Under the pieces are notes generated by a model. It saw nothing but the letters and a program-made list of their open reading frames with translations, was not told where the DNA came from and did not search any database. Positions 56,024 through 64,000 of a stretch of DNA of 64,000 bases are shown one piece after another; position 1 is the stretch's first letter; every line of letters begins with the position of its first letter. Source of the stretch: an uncultured Gammaproteobacteria bacterium (GTDB lineage: Bacteria > Patescibacteriota > Patescibacteriia > UBA9934 > CAZDDW01); contig OZ246408.1 in NCBI GenBank assembly GCA_965231015.1, positions 19,755 through 83,754 of the forward strand, given 5' to 3'. The position numbers were made by a program, and so were the translations under genes.

Positions 56024-58015
56024 ATGAGTATTACACTCTATGCAGTAATTGCCGGAGTGCTCGCAATCCTATACGGTGCCGCCTTGGTCCGATGGATTAT
56101 GAAGCAACCGGCCGGTGAGGGAAAGATGAAAGGCATCGCCCTTGCTATTCAAGAAGGCGCTAACGCCTACATGGCCCGCCAGTATACCGTTATCGGTTGG
56201 ATTGGTGTGGTTGTTTTTTTAACTCTTGGTTTCCTTTTAAACTGGACCATTGCCCTTGGCTTTTTAGTTGGAGCAATCTTTAGTGGAATTGCCGGAGCCA
56301 TTGGAATGTCGGTTTCAGTTCGGGCTAACGTTCGAACTACTGAAGCCGCTAAAAAGGGAATGCTGGAGGCACTGGCCGTGGCCGTGCGCGGAGGAGCTGT
56401 GACCGGATTCTTTGTGGTGGGTCTTGGGCTTCTCTCGGTTGCCGGATTTTTTGCTATCACCGGAAACGTTGATGCCTTAATCGGACTCGGCTTTGGTGGA
56501 TCTTTAATCTCCGTTTTTGCTCGACTCGGTGGTGGTATCTTTACCAAGGCCGCTGACGTGGGAGCAGACCTGGTAGGAAAAGTTGAGGCCGGAATTCCAG
56601 AGGACGATCCGCGTAACCCGGCCGTGATTGCTGATAACGTTGGTGACAACGTAGGGGACTGTGCCGGAATGGCCGCTGACCTTTTCGAGACTTATGCTGT
56701 GACCATGGTAGCCGCCATGTTCCTTGGAAAACTGGCTTACGGTGACGTAACTGCTGTTCTTGAATACCCACTGGCTCTTGGAGCTGTCGCAATTTTGGCT
56801 TCCATTATTGGAGTCTGGTTCATTAAGCTGGGCCCTAAAAAGAACATCATGGGTGCTCTTTACAAAGGACTGATTGTGTCAGGTGGATTGGCTGCAATTG
56901 CTTTCTACTTTTTAACCAACTGGATGATGAAAGACATTGTTGGGCTTGACCCAATGAGCTTATTCTATTCATCTCTGGTTGGACTTGCCGTTACTGCAAT
57001 CTTGATCGTTCTGACTGAATATTACACCGGAACCGAATATTCACCAGTTAAAAAAGTAGCTGAAGCGTCCCAAAACGGACACGGAACCAACATTATTTCT
57101 GGACTGGCACTTTCCATGCGTTCAACCGGTTGGCCGGTGCTGGCCATTGCGATTGGAATTCTGGCCGCTTTCAGTTTTGCTGGACTTTATGGAGTTGCCA
57201 TTGCTGCTGTGGCAATGCTGTCTCTGACCGGAGTGATTGTGGCGATCGACGCTTATGGACCTATCACCGACAACGCCGGTGGAATCGCTGAAATGGCAGA
57301 ACTCCCTAGTGAAGTTCGTGACATCACTGACCCACTCGATGCGGTTGGAAACACCACCAAGGCGGTAACCAAAGCTTACGCCATTGGATCAGCCGGACTT
57401 GCTACTCTGGTCCTGTTTGGTTCATATACTGAAGAACTTATGAAATTTGGACAAGAGTTCCATTTCTCCCTAACCGACCCAATGGTAATCGCCGGGCTCT
57501 TTATTGGTGGGCTTCTACCATTTGTCTTTGCGAGTTACGCCATGGAAGCGGTTGGAAAGACAGCTGGTAAGGTCGTAGAAGAAGTGCGCCGACAGTTCCG
57601 CGAAATCAAGGGAATCATGGAAGGAGAGGCTAAACCTGACTATGGTAAAGCTGTAGACATCGTTACTCGCTCAGCGATTAATCAAATGATCGTGCCCGCC
57701 CTTATTCCCGTGCTTGCACCGCTCGTGATTGGACTTATCCTTGGACCGGTTGCTCTCGGAGGTGTGTTAATTGGTTCAATCGTCACCGGACTATTCGTGG
57801 CTATTTCTATGACCACTGGTGGTGGGGCTTGGGACAACGCTAAGAAGTATATTGAAATGGGAAACTTTGGTGGAAAGAAATCAGCCGCCCATGACGCTGC
57901 TGTGACCGGTGACACGGTGGGGGATCCGTACAAGGACACTGCTGGTCCAGCCATCAACCCAATGATCAAGATTCTGAATATTGTTGCATTGCTCATCGTT
58001 GCCTTGATTGTGTAA
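56024..58015 (+). CDS. hppA: Membrane-bound proton-translocating pyrophosphatase (V-type H+-PPase)
   Basis: ~663 aa, ~16 TM helices, diagnostic motifs ..[20 protein letters not shown].., ..[21 protein letters not shown].., ..[18 protein letters not shown]... Confidence 0.95.
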   Translation: MSITLYAVIAGVLAILYGAALVRWIMKQPAGEGKMKGIALAIQEGANAYMARQYTVIGWIGVVVFLTLGFLLNWTIALGFLVGAIFSGIAGAIGMSVSVRANVRTTEAAKKGMLEALAVAVRGGAVTGFFVVGLGLLSVAGFFAITGNVDALIGLGFGGSLISVFARLGGGIFTKAADVGADLVGKVEAGIPEDDPRNPAVIADNVGDNVGDCAGMAADLFETYAVTMVAAMFLGKLAYGDVTAVLEYPLALGAVAILASIIGVWFIKLGPKKNIMGALYKGLIVSGGLAAIAFYFLTNWMMKDIVGLDPMSLFYSSLVGLAVTAILIVLTEYYTGTEYSPVKKVAEASQNGHGTNIISGLALSMRSTGWPVLAIAIGILAAFSFAGLYGVAIAAVAMLSLTGVIVAIDAYGPITDNAGGIAEMAELPSEVRDITDPLDAVGNTTKAVTKAYAIGSAGLATLVLFGSYTEELMKFGQEFHFSLTDPMVIAGLFIGGLLPFVFASYAMEAVGKTAGKVVEEVRRQFREIKGIMEGEAKPDYGKAVDIVTRSAINQMIVPALIPVLAPLVIGLILGPVALGGVLIGSIVTGLFVAISMTTGGGAWDNAKKYIEMGNFGGKKSAAHDAAVTGDTVGDPYKDTAGPAINPMIKILNIVALLIVALIV

Positions 58016-58034
58016 AAAGCAAAATTGATATTAA

Positions 58035-58063
58035 AGCAGGACTCGAAAGGGTCCTGCTTTTTG
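58035..58063 (+). terminator. Rho-independent terminator after hppA (AGCAGGAC-tcgaaag-GGTCCTGCT + T5)
   Basis: Perfect 8-9-bp stem plus T-run. Repeat copy C begins 4 nt later. Confidence 0.7.
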
Positions 58064-58066
58064 GTT

Positions 58067-58293
58067 CCGCCACTTCGAGCACGACGGAGGTTAATGGACA
58101 TTTTTGACCGCTTCCGACCGAATGGGAGGAATGACGAGGATTGTTTGAAGCCGAGCACCTACCTTAAGAATATAAGGTGCGAGGCAGGTTCCGCAGTCAA
58201 GGGAAGAAATGTCCATTATCTACCTCCGGCGAGCGCAGAAAGGCGGTTGGTTTCTTTTCTTGCTTTTCTTTGCCAACCCAAAGAAAAGCAAAT
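58067..58293 (+). repeat. Copy C of the ~230-nt repeated element
   Basis: Same architecture as copies A and B. The ATG of the small ORF (ATGGACATT) is complementary to the downstream AATGTCCAT, with a covarying G·U pair in copies A and B. Terminal hairpin TTGCTTTTCTTTGCC-AAC-CCAAAGAAAAGCAA + TGGTTTTT. Confidence 0.7.
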
Positions 58294-58347
58294 GGTTTTT
58301 CAAACAGAAACGCCCCACGGGTCGAGTGACTCATGGGGCAGGGTGGG

Positions 58348-58980
58348 CTAGTCGTGGAAGATCTTGGCGTCGTCGCGGTCATCGCGCTCGCGCATCCGCT
58401 TGTACCAACTGTGGTAGAACGGGGCAACGATGATCGTGATGAGAGTGAGTGTAAGAAAGGAACCGAGGAGCAGACCGTGACGAACCAGAGTGTCCGAGGT
58501 CTTGTCGAAGAAGTACGAAACGATTGCCACTACCGTGATGGATAAGAGCCATCCGGTCAGGTAATCGATCGGGAACCAACCAAAAACCCAGCAACTCTTG
58601 GCGTGCCACCACACGGTTTGAGGACGGAAGTTCCAAATCGTGTAGTGGGGATTCAGGACAAACCAGAGGAAATCCCACAGCGGACACCATGCCAAGTACA
58701 GGGCCACGGTGAGCAACTCCTGTTCGAGCGACCAATCCACACCCATCACGAACGGGGAGTGAAAGACCACCAAAGGTAAGAAGAACATGAAGGCGTGGTA
58801 GCCAGTCAACGGCTTACCGCCGAGAAACAAGCCATAAACCCGTGCCACCAGACCTTGCGTCCGATACCAGGTTGGCATCTTCTCGGCCCAGCCGTACTTA
58901 CCCTCGCTTTCAATCTCCACCAGGGCGAAGATGACAGCCAAAGCAAACCAGAACAGAGCCATTCCAAATACGTCCGTCAT
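58348..58980 (-). CDS. Trp-rich polytopic membrane protein (hypothetical; GC-rich, codon-atypical)
   Basis: 210 aa, ~6 TM helices, many Trp/Phe, acidic C-terminal tail. GC content well above the flanking housekeeping genes. Sits immediately beside repeat copy C. Confidence 0.5.
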   Translation of the reverse strand: MTDVFGMALFWFALAVIFALVEIESEGKYGWAEKMPTWYRTQGLVARVYGLFLGGKPLTGYHAFMFFLPLVVFHSPFVMGVDWSLEQELLTVALYLAWCPLWDFLWFVLNPHYTIWNFRPQTVWWHAKSCWVFGWFPIDYLTGWLLSITVVAIVSYFFDKTSDTLVRHGLLLGSFLTLTLITIIVAPFYHSWYKRMRERDDRDDAKIFHD

Positions 58981-59114
58981 CTTACACCTCCGGAGTTAAA
59001 TGTGCGGTGGCACAATATACCACAAAATATGCCCTTTGTCAATCCGAAACGTTTGACACTTTAGCCAAAAAAAGCTAAACTCGCGGCACGTAACAATTCT
59101 CTAATAGACCAATT

Positions 59115-60404
59115 ATGTCTGACGTAAAAGTTGAGAACCTAACAAAAAACACTGTTAAGCTGACTGTAACTGTTAGCGACGAGGAAATTAAACCGTTTTT
59201 AGAAATTGCGGCTGAGGAAATCAGCCAAGACACTGAGATCCCAGGATTCCGTCCGGGTAAAGCCAGCTTCGAGGCAGTAAAAAAACGGGTAGGCGAGATG
59301 AAAATTTATGAAGCAGCTCTTGAGCGAGTGGTTAGAAAAACCTATATTGATGCTCTTGAGGCTCAGAAGCTCGACACCGTGGGTGAACCAAAAATCAATG
59401 TTGAAAAAATGGCTCCGGAAAATGATCTTGTTTATACCGTTGAGGTAGCACTAATGCCAGAAATCAAAAAATTGGCTGACTGGAAAAAATTAACCGTTGA
59501 TACAAATAAAGTAGAAGCCACCGAAGAAGATGCGGATCGGGCTCTTAAGGATCTGGCCCGAATGCAGACCAAGGAGGTTCGCCAGGACAAAGACCACGAA
59601 GCCACCAAGGAAGACAAGGCTGTCATTAATATGAATATGAAACAGGCTGGTGTACCGGTTGAGGGTGGTCAGGCTGTGAACAACATGGTCGTCCTTGGTG
59701 AAGACCACTACATCCCTGGTTTTTGTGATGAACTGTTAGGGCTTCGCGAGGGTGATAAAAAAACCTTTATTCTTAAGTTTCCGGAAAACCACTATCAGAA
59801 AAATCTGGCCGGGGCTGATGTTGAGTTTGAAGTCACCATCAACGAAATCTATAAATTAGACAGTCCTAAACTTGATGACAAGTTTGCGGCCAGTCTTGGA
59901 CAGAAGGACATGAAGACCTTAAAAGACATGATCAAACAAAACATTCAAAATGAAAAAGATCGCGAAGAGCAAATTCGTCAGGAGCGAGCCATGTTGGATA
60001 TGATCGCGGAAAAATCTGAAATTGAAGAAATTCCCGAACAGCTTGTAAACGAAGAGATTCATAAGATGGTGCACGAACTTCAACATGCGGTGACTAACCA
60101 GGGCGGTGTCTTTGAAGATTATCTAAAATCCATCGGCAAAACCCTTGATGACATGAAGAAGGATTTTGCTCCAGAAGCACTTAAAAGAATAAAGGTTGCC
60201 TTGGTTGTTCGAGAGATTGCTAAAAACGAGGATGTTCAAATTGATGAAAAAGAAGTTGATGCCGAACTAGATAAGATGGCAGAACAATATGAGGACAAAG
60301 AAACACAGAAAAAAATTTATTCTCCGGGTAACCGTGAATACGTCAGCACCATTATGCGTAATCGTAAGGTAATTGATACTCTACGCGAGACCATGATAAA
60401 ATAA
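59115..60404 (+). CDS. tig: Trigger factor (ribosome-associated chaperone/PPIase)
   Basis: 429 aa; N-terminal ribosome-binding domain with the ..GFRPGKA.. signature, central FKBP-like domain, C-terminal helical arm. Confidence 0.9.
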   Translation: MSDVKVENLTKNTVKLTVTVSDEEIKPFLEIAAEEISQDTEIPGFRPGKASFEAVKKRVGEMKIYEAALERVVRKTYIDALEAQKLDTVGEPKINVEKMAPENDLVYTVEVALMPEIKKLADWKKLTVDTNKVEATEEDADRALKDLARMQTKEVRQDKDHEATKEDKAVINMNMKQAGVPVEGGQAVNNMVVLGEDHYIPGFCDELLGLREGDKKTFILKFPENHYQKNLAGADVEFEVTINEIYKLDSPKLDDKFAASLGQKDMKTLKDMIKQNIQNEKDREEQIRQERAMLDMIAEKSEIEEIPEQLVNEEIHKMVHELQHAVTNQGGVFEDYLKSIGKTLDDMKKDFAPEALKRIKVALVVREIAKNEDVQIDEKEVDAELDKMAEQYEDKETQKKIYSPGNREYVSTIMRNRKVIDTLRETMIK

Positions 60405-60408
60405 CACC

Positions 60409-61254
60409 ATGTTATTTGGTGCACACGTTTCAATTGCCGGCGGTGTTTTTAATGCCCCGGGGAATGCGGCCGAGCTTGGCTGTGAGGTTTTTCAGTGTTT
60501 TACCCGCTCACCGCAGGGTGGGGCCGCTCCAGAGTTAACCGAGGAGGTTGTCAAAAAATTTAAAAACGAGCTTAAGGTTCATAACCAAGCTCGTTTTTAT
60601 GTTCACGCCCCGTATTACTTAAACCTGGCCAACCCTAAAAAACAAATTCGTTCAAATACAGCCCGGATTGTTCGCGAAGAACTGGAGCGCTCTAGTTTGC
60701 TTGGAGCTACCGCCCTGATGTTTCATATTGGAAGCGCAAAAAACGTTGACCAAAAACAAGCGGAAAAGTGGGTGGTAGAAGGACTTGATAAAATTATGGC
60801 TGGGTACAAAGGATCAACCAAGCTATTAATCGAAAATTCAGCTGGAGCTGGCATGGTAATGGGAGATGCATTTGAAGAAATTGCTCGATTTATTGACCGG
60901 GCAAAACACGGCAAGAAGATCGGGGTGTGCTTGGACACCCAGCACAGCTTTGCTTCTGGTTATGATTTGCGTGATAAGAAAAGTGTGAACGCTGTTCTCA
61001 GACAGTTTAATACCACCATCGGTTTAGACAAACTGGTTCTAATTCACGCCAACGATTCCATGACCGAGCTGGACTCACACAAAGATCGCCACGAACACAT
61101 TGGGCGTGGTAAAATAGGAAAAAGGGGTTTTGAGGTATTAGTAAAACACCCCAAACTTCAAGAAATTGACTTTATCTTAGAAACACCCCACCACGATGGT
61201 GGTGTTATCAAAGACATCAAGCTTTTAAAAAAATTAAGAGAAAAAATAATATGA
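60409..61254 (+). CDS. nfo: Endonuclease IV (AP endonuclease, TIM-barrel)
   Basis: 281 aa; ..GAHVSIAGG.., ..HAPYYLNLA.., ..CLDTQHSFASGYD.., ..HANDS.. metal-ligand motifs. Confidence 0.9.
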   Translation: MLFGAHVSIAGGVFNAPGNAAELGCEVFQCFTRSPQGGAAPELTEEVVKKFKNELKVHNQARFYVHAPYYLNLANPKKQIRSNTARIVREELERSSLLGATALMFHIGSAKNVDQKQAEKWVVEGLDKIMAGYKGSTKLLIENSAGAGMVMGDAFEEIARFIDRAKHGKKIGVCLDTQHSFASGYDLRDKKSVNAVLRQFNTTIGLDKLVLIHANDSMTELDSHKDRHEHIGRGKIGKRGFEVLVKHPKLQEIDFILETPHHDGGVIKDIKLLKKLREKII

Positions 61255-62006
61255 CCAGACTAGACCGTGGTGTGATTGGACTACTCAGCAACAGCTGGGA
61301 GTTGTTCACCGCAAATTTTAATCAATGGGCTAAATTGGTTTCCATGATTGTTGTGCCTCTGTTAGTATATATTCTTGGCTACGGCCTTATATTTTTGGGT
61401 GCGAAAAATGAACTGATGGTTCTAACCGCTCTTGGTGGCCTATTGGCGGTGATAGGATATGTGGCCGCCCTCCTGGCCGGATTATGGCTTGGTATTGCAT
61501 CAGTTGAAGCCGCTGACAGGTTTGCTGATAAAAAAACATATAAATTTAGAAGGCTTTGGTCTTTAAGTACCTGGAGCCTAATCATCCAAACCGGAGTAGC
61601 CGCTCTTATTTACGCGACAACCCTATACTTTGGACTGTTTCTGTTCATTATTCCGGGTATCCTGTTTGCCATTTGGTTTTTGTTCACTAAATACGCTGTG
61701 ATCCTTGATAAAAAGAACGACTTGTTTGCCTTGCAGTACAGCTATCAAATTGTAAAAGGCCGCTGGTGGCAGGTCTTCTGGCGCTGTTTTGGTTTTGGTA
61801 TTCTCATGATGATTATTGCCGGAGTGGTAGTTGGTGTATTAATGGGAATCGGTTATGCCGCTCTTACATCCATGGGTGAAACCGCAGGAGTGGCGGTTGG
61901 AGGTCTGTTACTCGTTGTTGGCATACTGGCCATGATGTATGTACTAACACCGATTGCTGTTCACTATTATGTTAGTTTATACCGAGACCTAAAGAAAACA
62001 ACCTAA
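61251..62006 (+). CDS. Hypothetical polytopic membrane protein
   Basis: 251 aa, ~6 TM helices, no recognisable motif. Start overlaps the nfo stop. Confidence 0.5.
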   Translation: MTRLDRGVIGLLSNSWELFTANFNQWAKLVSMIVVPLLVYILGYGLIFLGAKNELMVLTALGGLLAVIGYVAALLAGLWLGIASVEAADRFADKKTYKFRRLWSLSTWSLIIQTGVAALIYATTLYFGLFLFIIPGILFAIWFLFTKYAVILDKKNDLFALQYSYQIVKGRWWQVFWRCFGFGILMMIIAGVVVGVLMGIGYAALTSMGETAGVAVGGLLLVVGILAMMYVLTPIAVHYYVSLYRDLKKTT

Positions 62007-62263
62007 TGTTGCTCACTGTTCAGGCTCAACCAAACGCCAAAGCAACCGAAGTTGTAACCTGGATCACAAACAATACCGTCAAGATCCGTGTTGGGGCTCC
62101 GGCCAAGCAGGGAAAGGGCAATGAAGAATTGTTAAATTGGTTATCTAAACGGCTTGGGGTAGCAAAAAGCAATCTTGAGTTAGTACACGGATTAACCTCT
62201 CGTATAAAACTGATTCAAATACCACTTACTGAATTAGAAATACATAAAAGATTAACCCAATAA
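62006..62263 (+). CDS. DUF167 (YggU-like) family protein
   Basis: 85 aa; ..VKIRVGAPAKQGKGNEELLNWLSKRLGVAKSNLELVHGLTSRIKLIQI.. typical of YggU/DUF167. Confidence 0.7.
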   Translation: MLLTVQAQPNAKATEVVTWITNNTVKIRVGAPAKQGKGNEELLNWLSKRLGVAKSNLELVHGLTSRIKLIQIPLTELEIHKRLTQ

Positions 62264-62320
62264 ATATGGGTTGTTCAAAAAATGTGCCAAGTGCGGTAAA
62301 AAGCCATGCCGATGCAAATA

Positions 62321-62350
62321 AAAAATCCGCCCTTTGGGGCGGTTTTTTAT
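62321..62350. terminator. Bidirectional terminator (CCGCCC-TTTG-GGGCGG flanked by A6 and T6)
   Basis: Between the convergent DUF167 (+) and yidD (-) genes. Confidence 0.65.
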
Positions 62351-62598
62351 TCTGGCACCTCATCAATTCCTCCCTTGGACCAGGGATTGCACCGCACCAC
62401 CCGCCAAAGCGTTAAAAACCCTCCCTTGACCAATCCGTGTCGGTCCACGGCCTGGTACCCGTATTCCGAACAGGTGGGGTGAAACTGACAATAGCCGTTA
62501 GGGAAAAGGTGGCGGGGCAGACCGTGATCAAAAGAAAGGGTTTTTTGATAAATTCGGATCGCAATCAATACGCCAAGCTTGGGCACATGCTTCAACAT
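62347..62598 (-). CDS. yidD: Membrane protein insertion efficiency factor YidD
   Basis: Start at MLKHVPKLGVLIAIRIYQ. Conserved ..CRFHPTCSEYG.. motif. Confidence 0.85.
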   Translation of the reverse strand: MLKHVPKLGVLIAIRIYQKTLSFDHGLPRHLFPNGYCQFHPTCSEYGYQAVDRHGLVKGGFLTLWRVVRCNPWSKGGIDEVPE

Positions 62599-62599
62599 A

Positions 62600-62941
62600 T
62601 TATCCAAAAACAGGGGTTTTCTTTAATAGTTTGGAAACGGCTTGTTTGAGCTCGTCCGGGGTCTTTCCCAAAGCCTCCTTCTTCACCACTAAAACAAGAT
62701 CATACCCGGACCTGGCTTCATCCAGGCGCAAACGAATCATTTCCCGAATTTGCCGGCGCAAACGATTACGTACTACTGCCTTTTTTGAAACCTTGGTACC
62801 AACCACCACCGCAAACCTTGATGAACCAAGGCCATTCTTGGCCCACTTGGCACCACACACAGAACCAAAAGCCCCCTCCTTTGAACGGAAAAGGGAGCGA
62901 AAATCTTGATCTCTTTTTAATCGATTTTCCTTGGGCAACAT
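62600..62941 (-). CDS. rnpA: RNase P protein component
   Basis: 113 aa, basic; ..LKRDQDFRSLF.. and ..AVVRNRLRRQIRE.. RnpA motifs. Its start codon abuts the rpmH stop. Confidence 0.9.
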   Translation of the reverse strand: MLPKENRLKRDQDFRSLFRSKEGAFGSVCGAKWAKNGLGSSRFAVVVGTKVSKKAVVRNRLRRQIREMIRLRLDEARSGYDLVLVVKKEALGKTPDELKQAVSKLLKKTPVFG

Positions 62942-63091
62942 TTATTTGTCGTCTGATGTTGTCAAACGCTTTCGACCCTTAGCTCGTCGACGCTTTAAAA
63001 CATTCTGTCCGTCGCTGTCACTCATCCGGGCTCTAAACCCATGCTTTTTGGCCTTTTGTCGCTTCTTTGGCTGATATGTTCGCTTAGGCAT
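62942..63091 (-). CDS. rpmH: 50S ribosomal protein L34
   Basis: Not in the ORF track (<60 aa). Translated by hand: [49 protein letters not shown] (49 aa), matching bL34. Confidence 0.85.
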   Translation of the reverse strand: MPKRTYQPKKRQKAKKHGFRARMSDSDGQNVLKRRRAKGRKRLTTSDDK

Positions 63092-63270
63092 ATTTAGCTT
63101 CAAATTTCAAATTTTTATGACCGCCCTATTATACACAGAAAGTCCCCAAGAAATCAACCCATATCCCCACACTTCACCCACTTGCCCACATGTGGATATT
63201 TGTTATATAGTGGTTCGAGCGAGCCTCGCGTTTATTATACCAATCTTTTATTAAACTAAACGGTGTAGCT
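63092..63270. promoter_or_regulatory. Candidate oriC / dnaA promoter region (DnaA-box-like 9-mers between rpmH and dnaA)
   Basis: TTATACACA (63128-63136), TATCCCCACA (~63160), ATATCCACA (reverse complement of catgTGTGGATATttg at ~63199-63207). The rpmH<->dnaA divergent arrangement is the canonical origin context. Confidence 0.4.
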
Positions 63271-64000
63271 ATGGACACCAATGAACTTTGGCAAGCGGCT
63301 CTAGGAGAACTGGAGCTGAAACTGAGCAAAGCAAATTTTACTACTTGGTTTAAGAATACCTTTGTGGTTTCTTATAACAATGAAGAGGTAATTGTTGGTG
63401 TACCGAATACTTTTACTAAGGCTTGGCTCGAGAAGAAATATCACAAGGATATTCTCCAGGCCCTACAAAATTTAACTGAAGAAAGTGTGCGGGCGGTTGT
63501 ATATAAAGTGGAAACCCGCCAAGGTGCTCCACAGCCAATCCTTGAAGTAAACGAAGAAGAGGCTGTTCCAGATTATTCTGACTTTTCTGCCACCAACGAA
63601 ACTTACCAGGATACTGAACCCACCCTTAATCCGCGATACCTATTTTCCGCTTTTGTGGTTGGTAAACAAAACGAGCTAGCACATGCCGCGGCCCAAGCCG
63701 TATCCTGTCAGCCCGGTGATGTTTACAACCCGCTTTTTATTTATGGCGGGGTTGGGCTTGGCAAAACCCACCTTTTGCAGGCTGTGGGACAAGAAATCGT
63801 GACCAAAAACCCAAAAGCACGAATCATGTACGTGACCTGTGAAAAATTTACCAATGATTTTATTCACGCCGTCAGAACCGGACGAGCCAAAGAATTCAAA
63901 GACACCTATCGAACCGTCGATGTACTATTAATTGATGATATTCAGTTTATTACCGGCAAAGAGGGGACCCAGGAAGAATTCTTTCACACTTTTAATGCTC
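63271..64000 (+). CDS. dnaA: Chromosomal replication initiator DnaA (5' partial; continues beyond the window)
   Basis: Hand translation: MDTNELWQAALGELELKLSKANFTTWFKNT... through ..NPLFIYGGVGLGKTHLLQAVG.. (AAA+ Walker A) and ..VLLIDDIQFITGKE.. (Walker B). Absent from the ORF track because no stop occurs before the window ends. Confidence 0.9.
   Translation, partial: MDTNELWQAALGELELKLSKANFTTWFKNTFVVSYNNEEVIVGVPNTFTKAWLEKKYHKDILQALQNLTEESVRAVVYKVETRQGAPQPILEVNEEEAVPDYSDFSATNETYQDTEPTLNPRYLFSAFVVGKQNELAHAAAQAVSCQPGDVYNPLFIYGGVGLGKTHLLQAVGQEIVTKNPKARIMYVTCEKFTNDFIHAVRTGRAKEFKDTYRTVDVLLIDDIQFITGKEGTQEEFFHTFNA

Noticed and set aside
62261-62326. Tiny Cys-rich peptide frame (..KKCAKCGKKPCRCK*) just before the yidD terminator
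   Set aside because: Only ~16 codons, no ATG in frame, no RBS. Most likely chance in an A-rich spacer. Mentioned only because of the CxxC..CxC spacing.
1-64000. CRISPR arrays, rRNA genes, group I/II introns
   Set aside because: No short direct-repeat/spacer periodicity, no rRNA-like conserved stretches, and no intron-encoded ORFs or domain V/VI-like structures were noticed anywhere in the window.

Overview
This 64 kb window is a low-GC bacterial chromosome segment; the small-genome, Patescibacteria/CPR-like character is inference only. It ends at the replication-origin neighbourhood (yidD-rnpA-rpmH on the minus strand, a DnaA-box-bearing intergenic region, then the 5' part of dnaA). Housekeeping genes are clear: ychF, polA, rmuC, rpsT, holA, hup, the rpsO-NYN-pnp cluster, lspA, a dksA-like gene, comM, an MsbA-like ABC exporter, an M23/LysM peptidase, rnhB, the H+-pyrophosphatase, tig and nfo. 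There are four tRNAs: Ala-GGC, Arg-CCT, His-GTG and Arg-TCT. The accessory content is the interesting part. (1) A four-gene minus-strand operon (24.9 kb down to 5.9 kb) encodes two secreted ~300-aa proteins, a 1164-aa multi-domain membrane protein and a 4559-aa giant tail-fibre-like surface protein. The giant protein has GIGT-type repeats, two C-terminal peptidase-S74-like intramolecular-chaperone domains and a 100%-identical 1381-bp in-frame internal duplication. (2) Three same-orientation copies of a ~230-nt element sit directly after terminators at 43.1, 51.0 and 58.1 kb. They carry a conserved small ORF and compensatory base changes consistent with RNA structure. (3) GC-rich, codon-atypical islands (4.16-5.44 kb and ~36.5-43.1 kb) encode secreted Cys/Asp-rich proteins with MopE-like putative metal-binding repeats. 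The larger island surrounds a tRNA-Arg(TCT) and a XerC/D-type tyrosine recombinase. (4) An IS200/IS605-like HUH transposase with CAACCT-NNN-AGGTTG terminal hairpins lies next to tRNA-Arg(CCT) and a split methyltransferase gene. No CRISPR array or rRNA was seen. All coordinates and motif calls were made by eye from the sequence; no similarity search was run.
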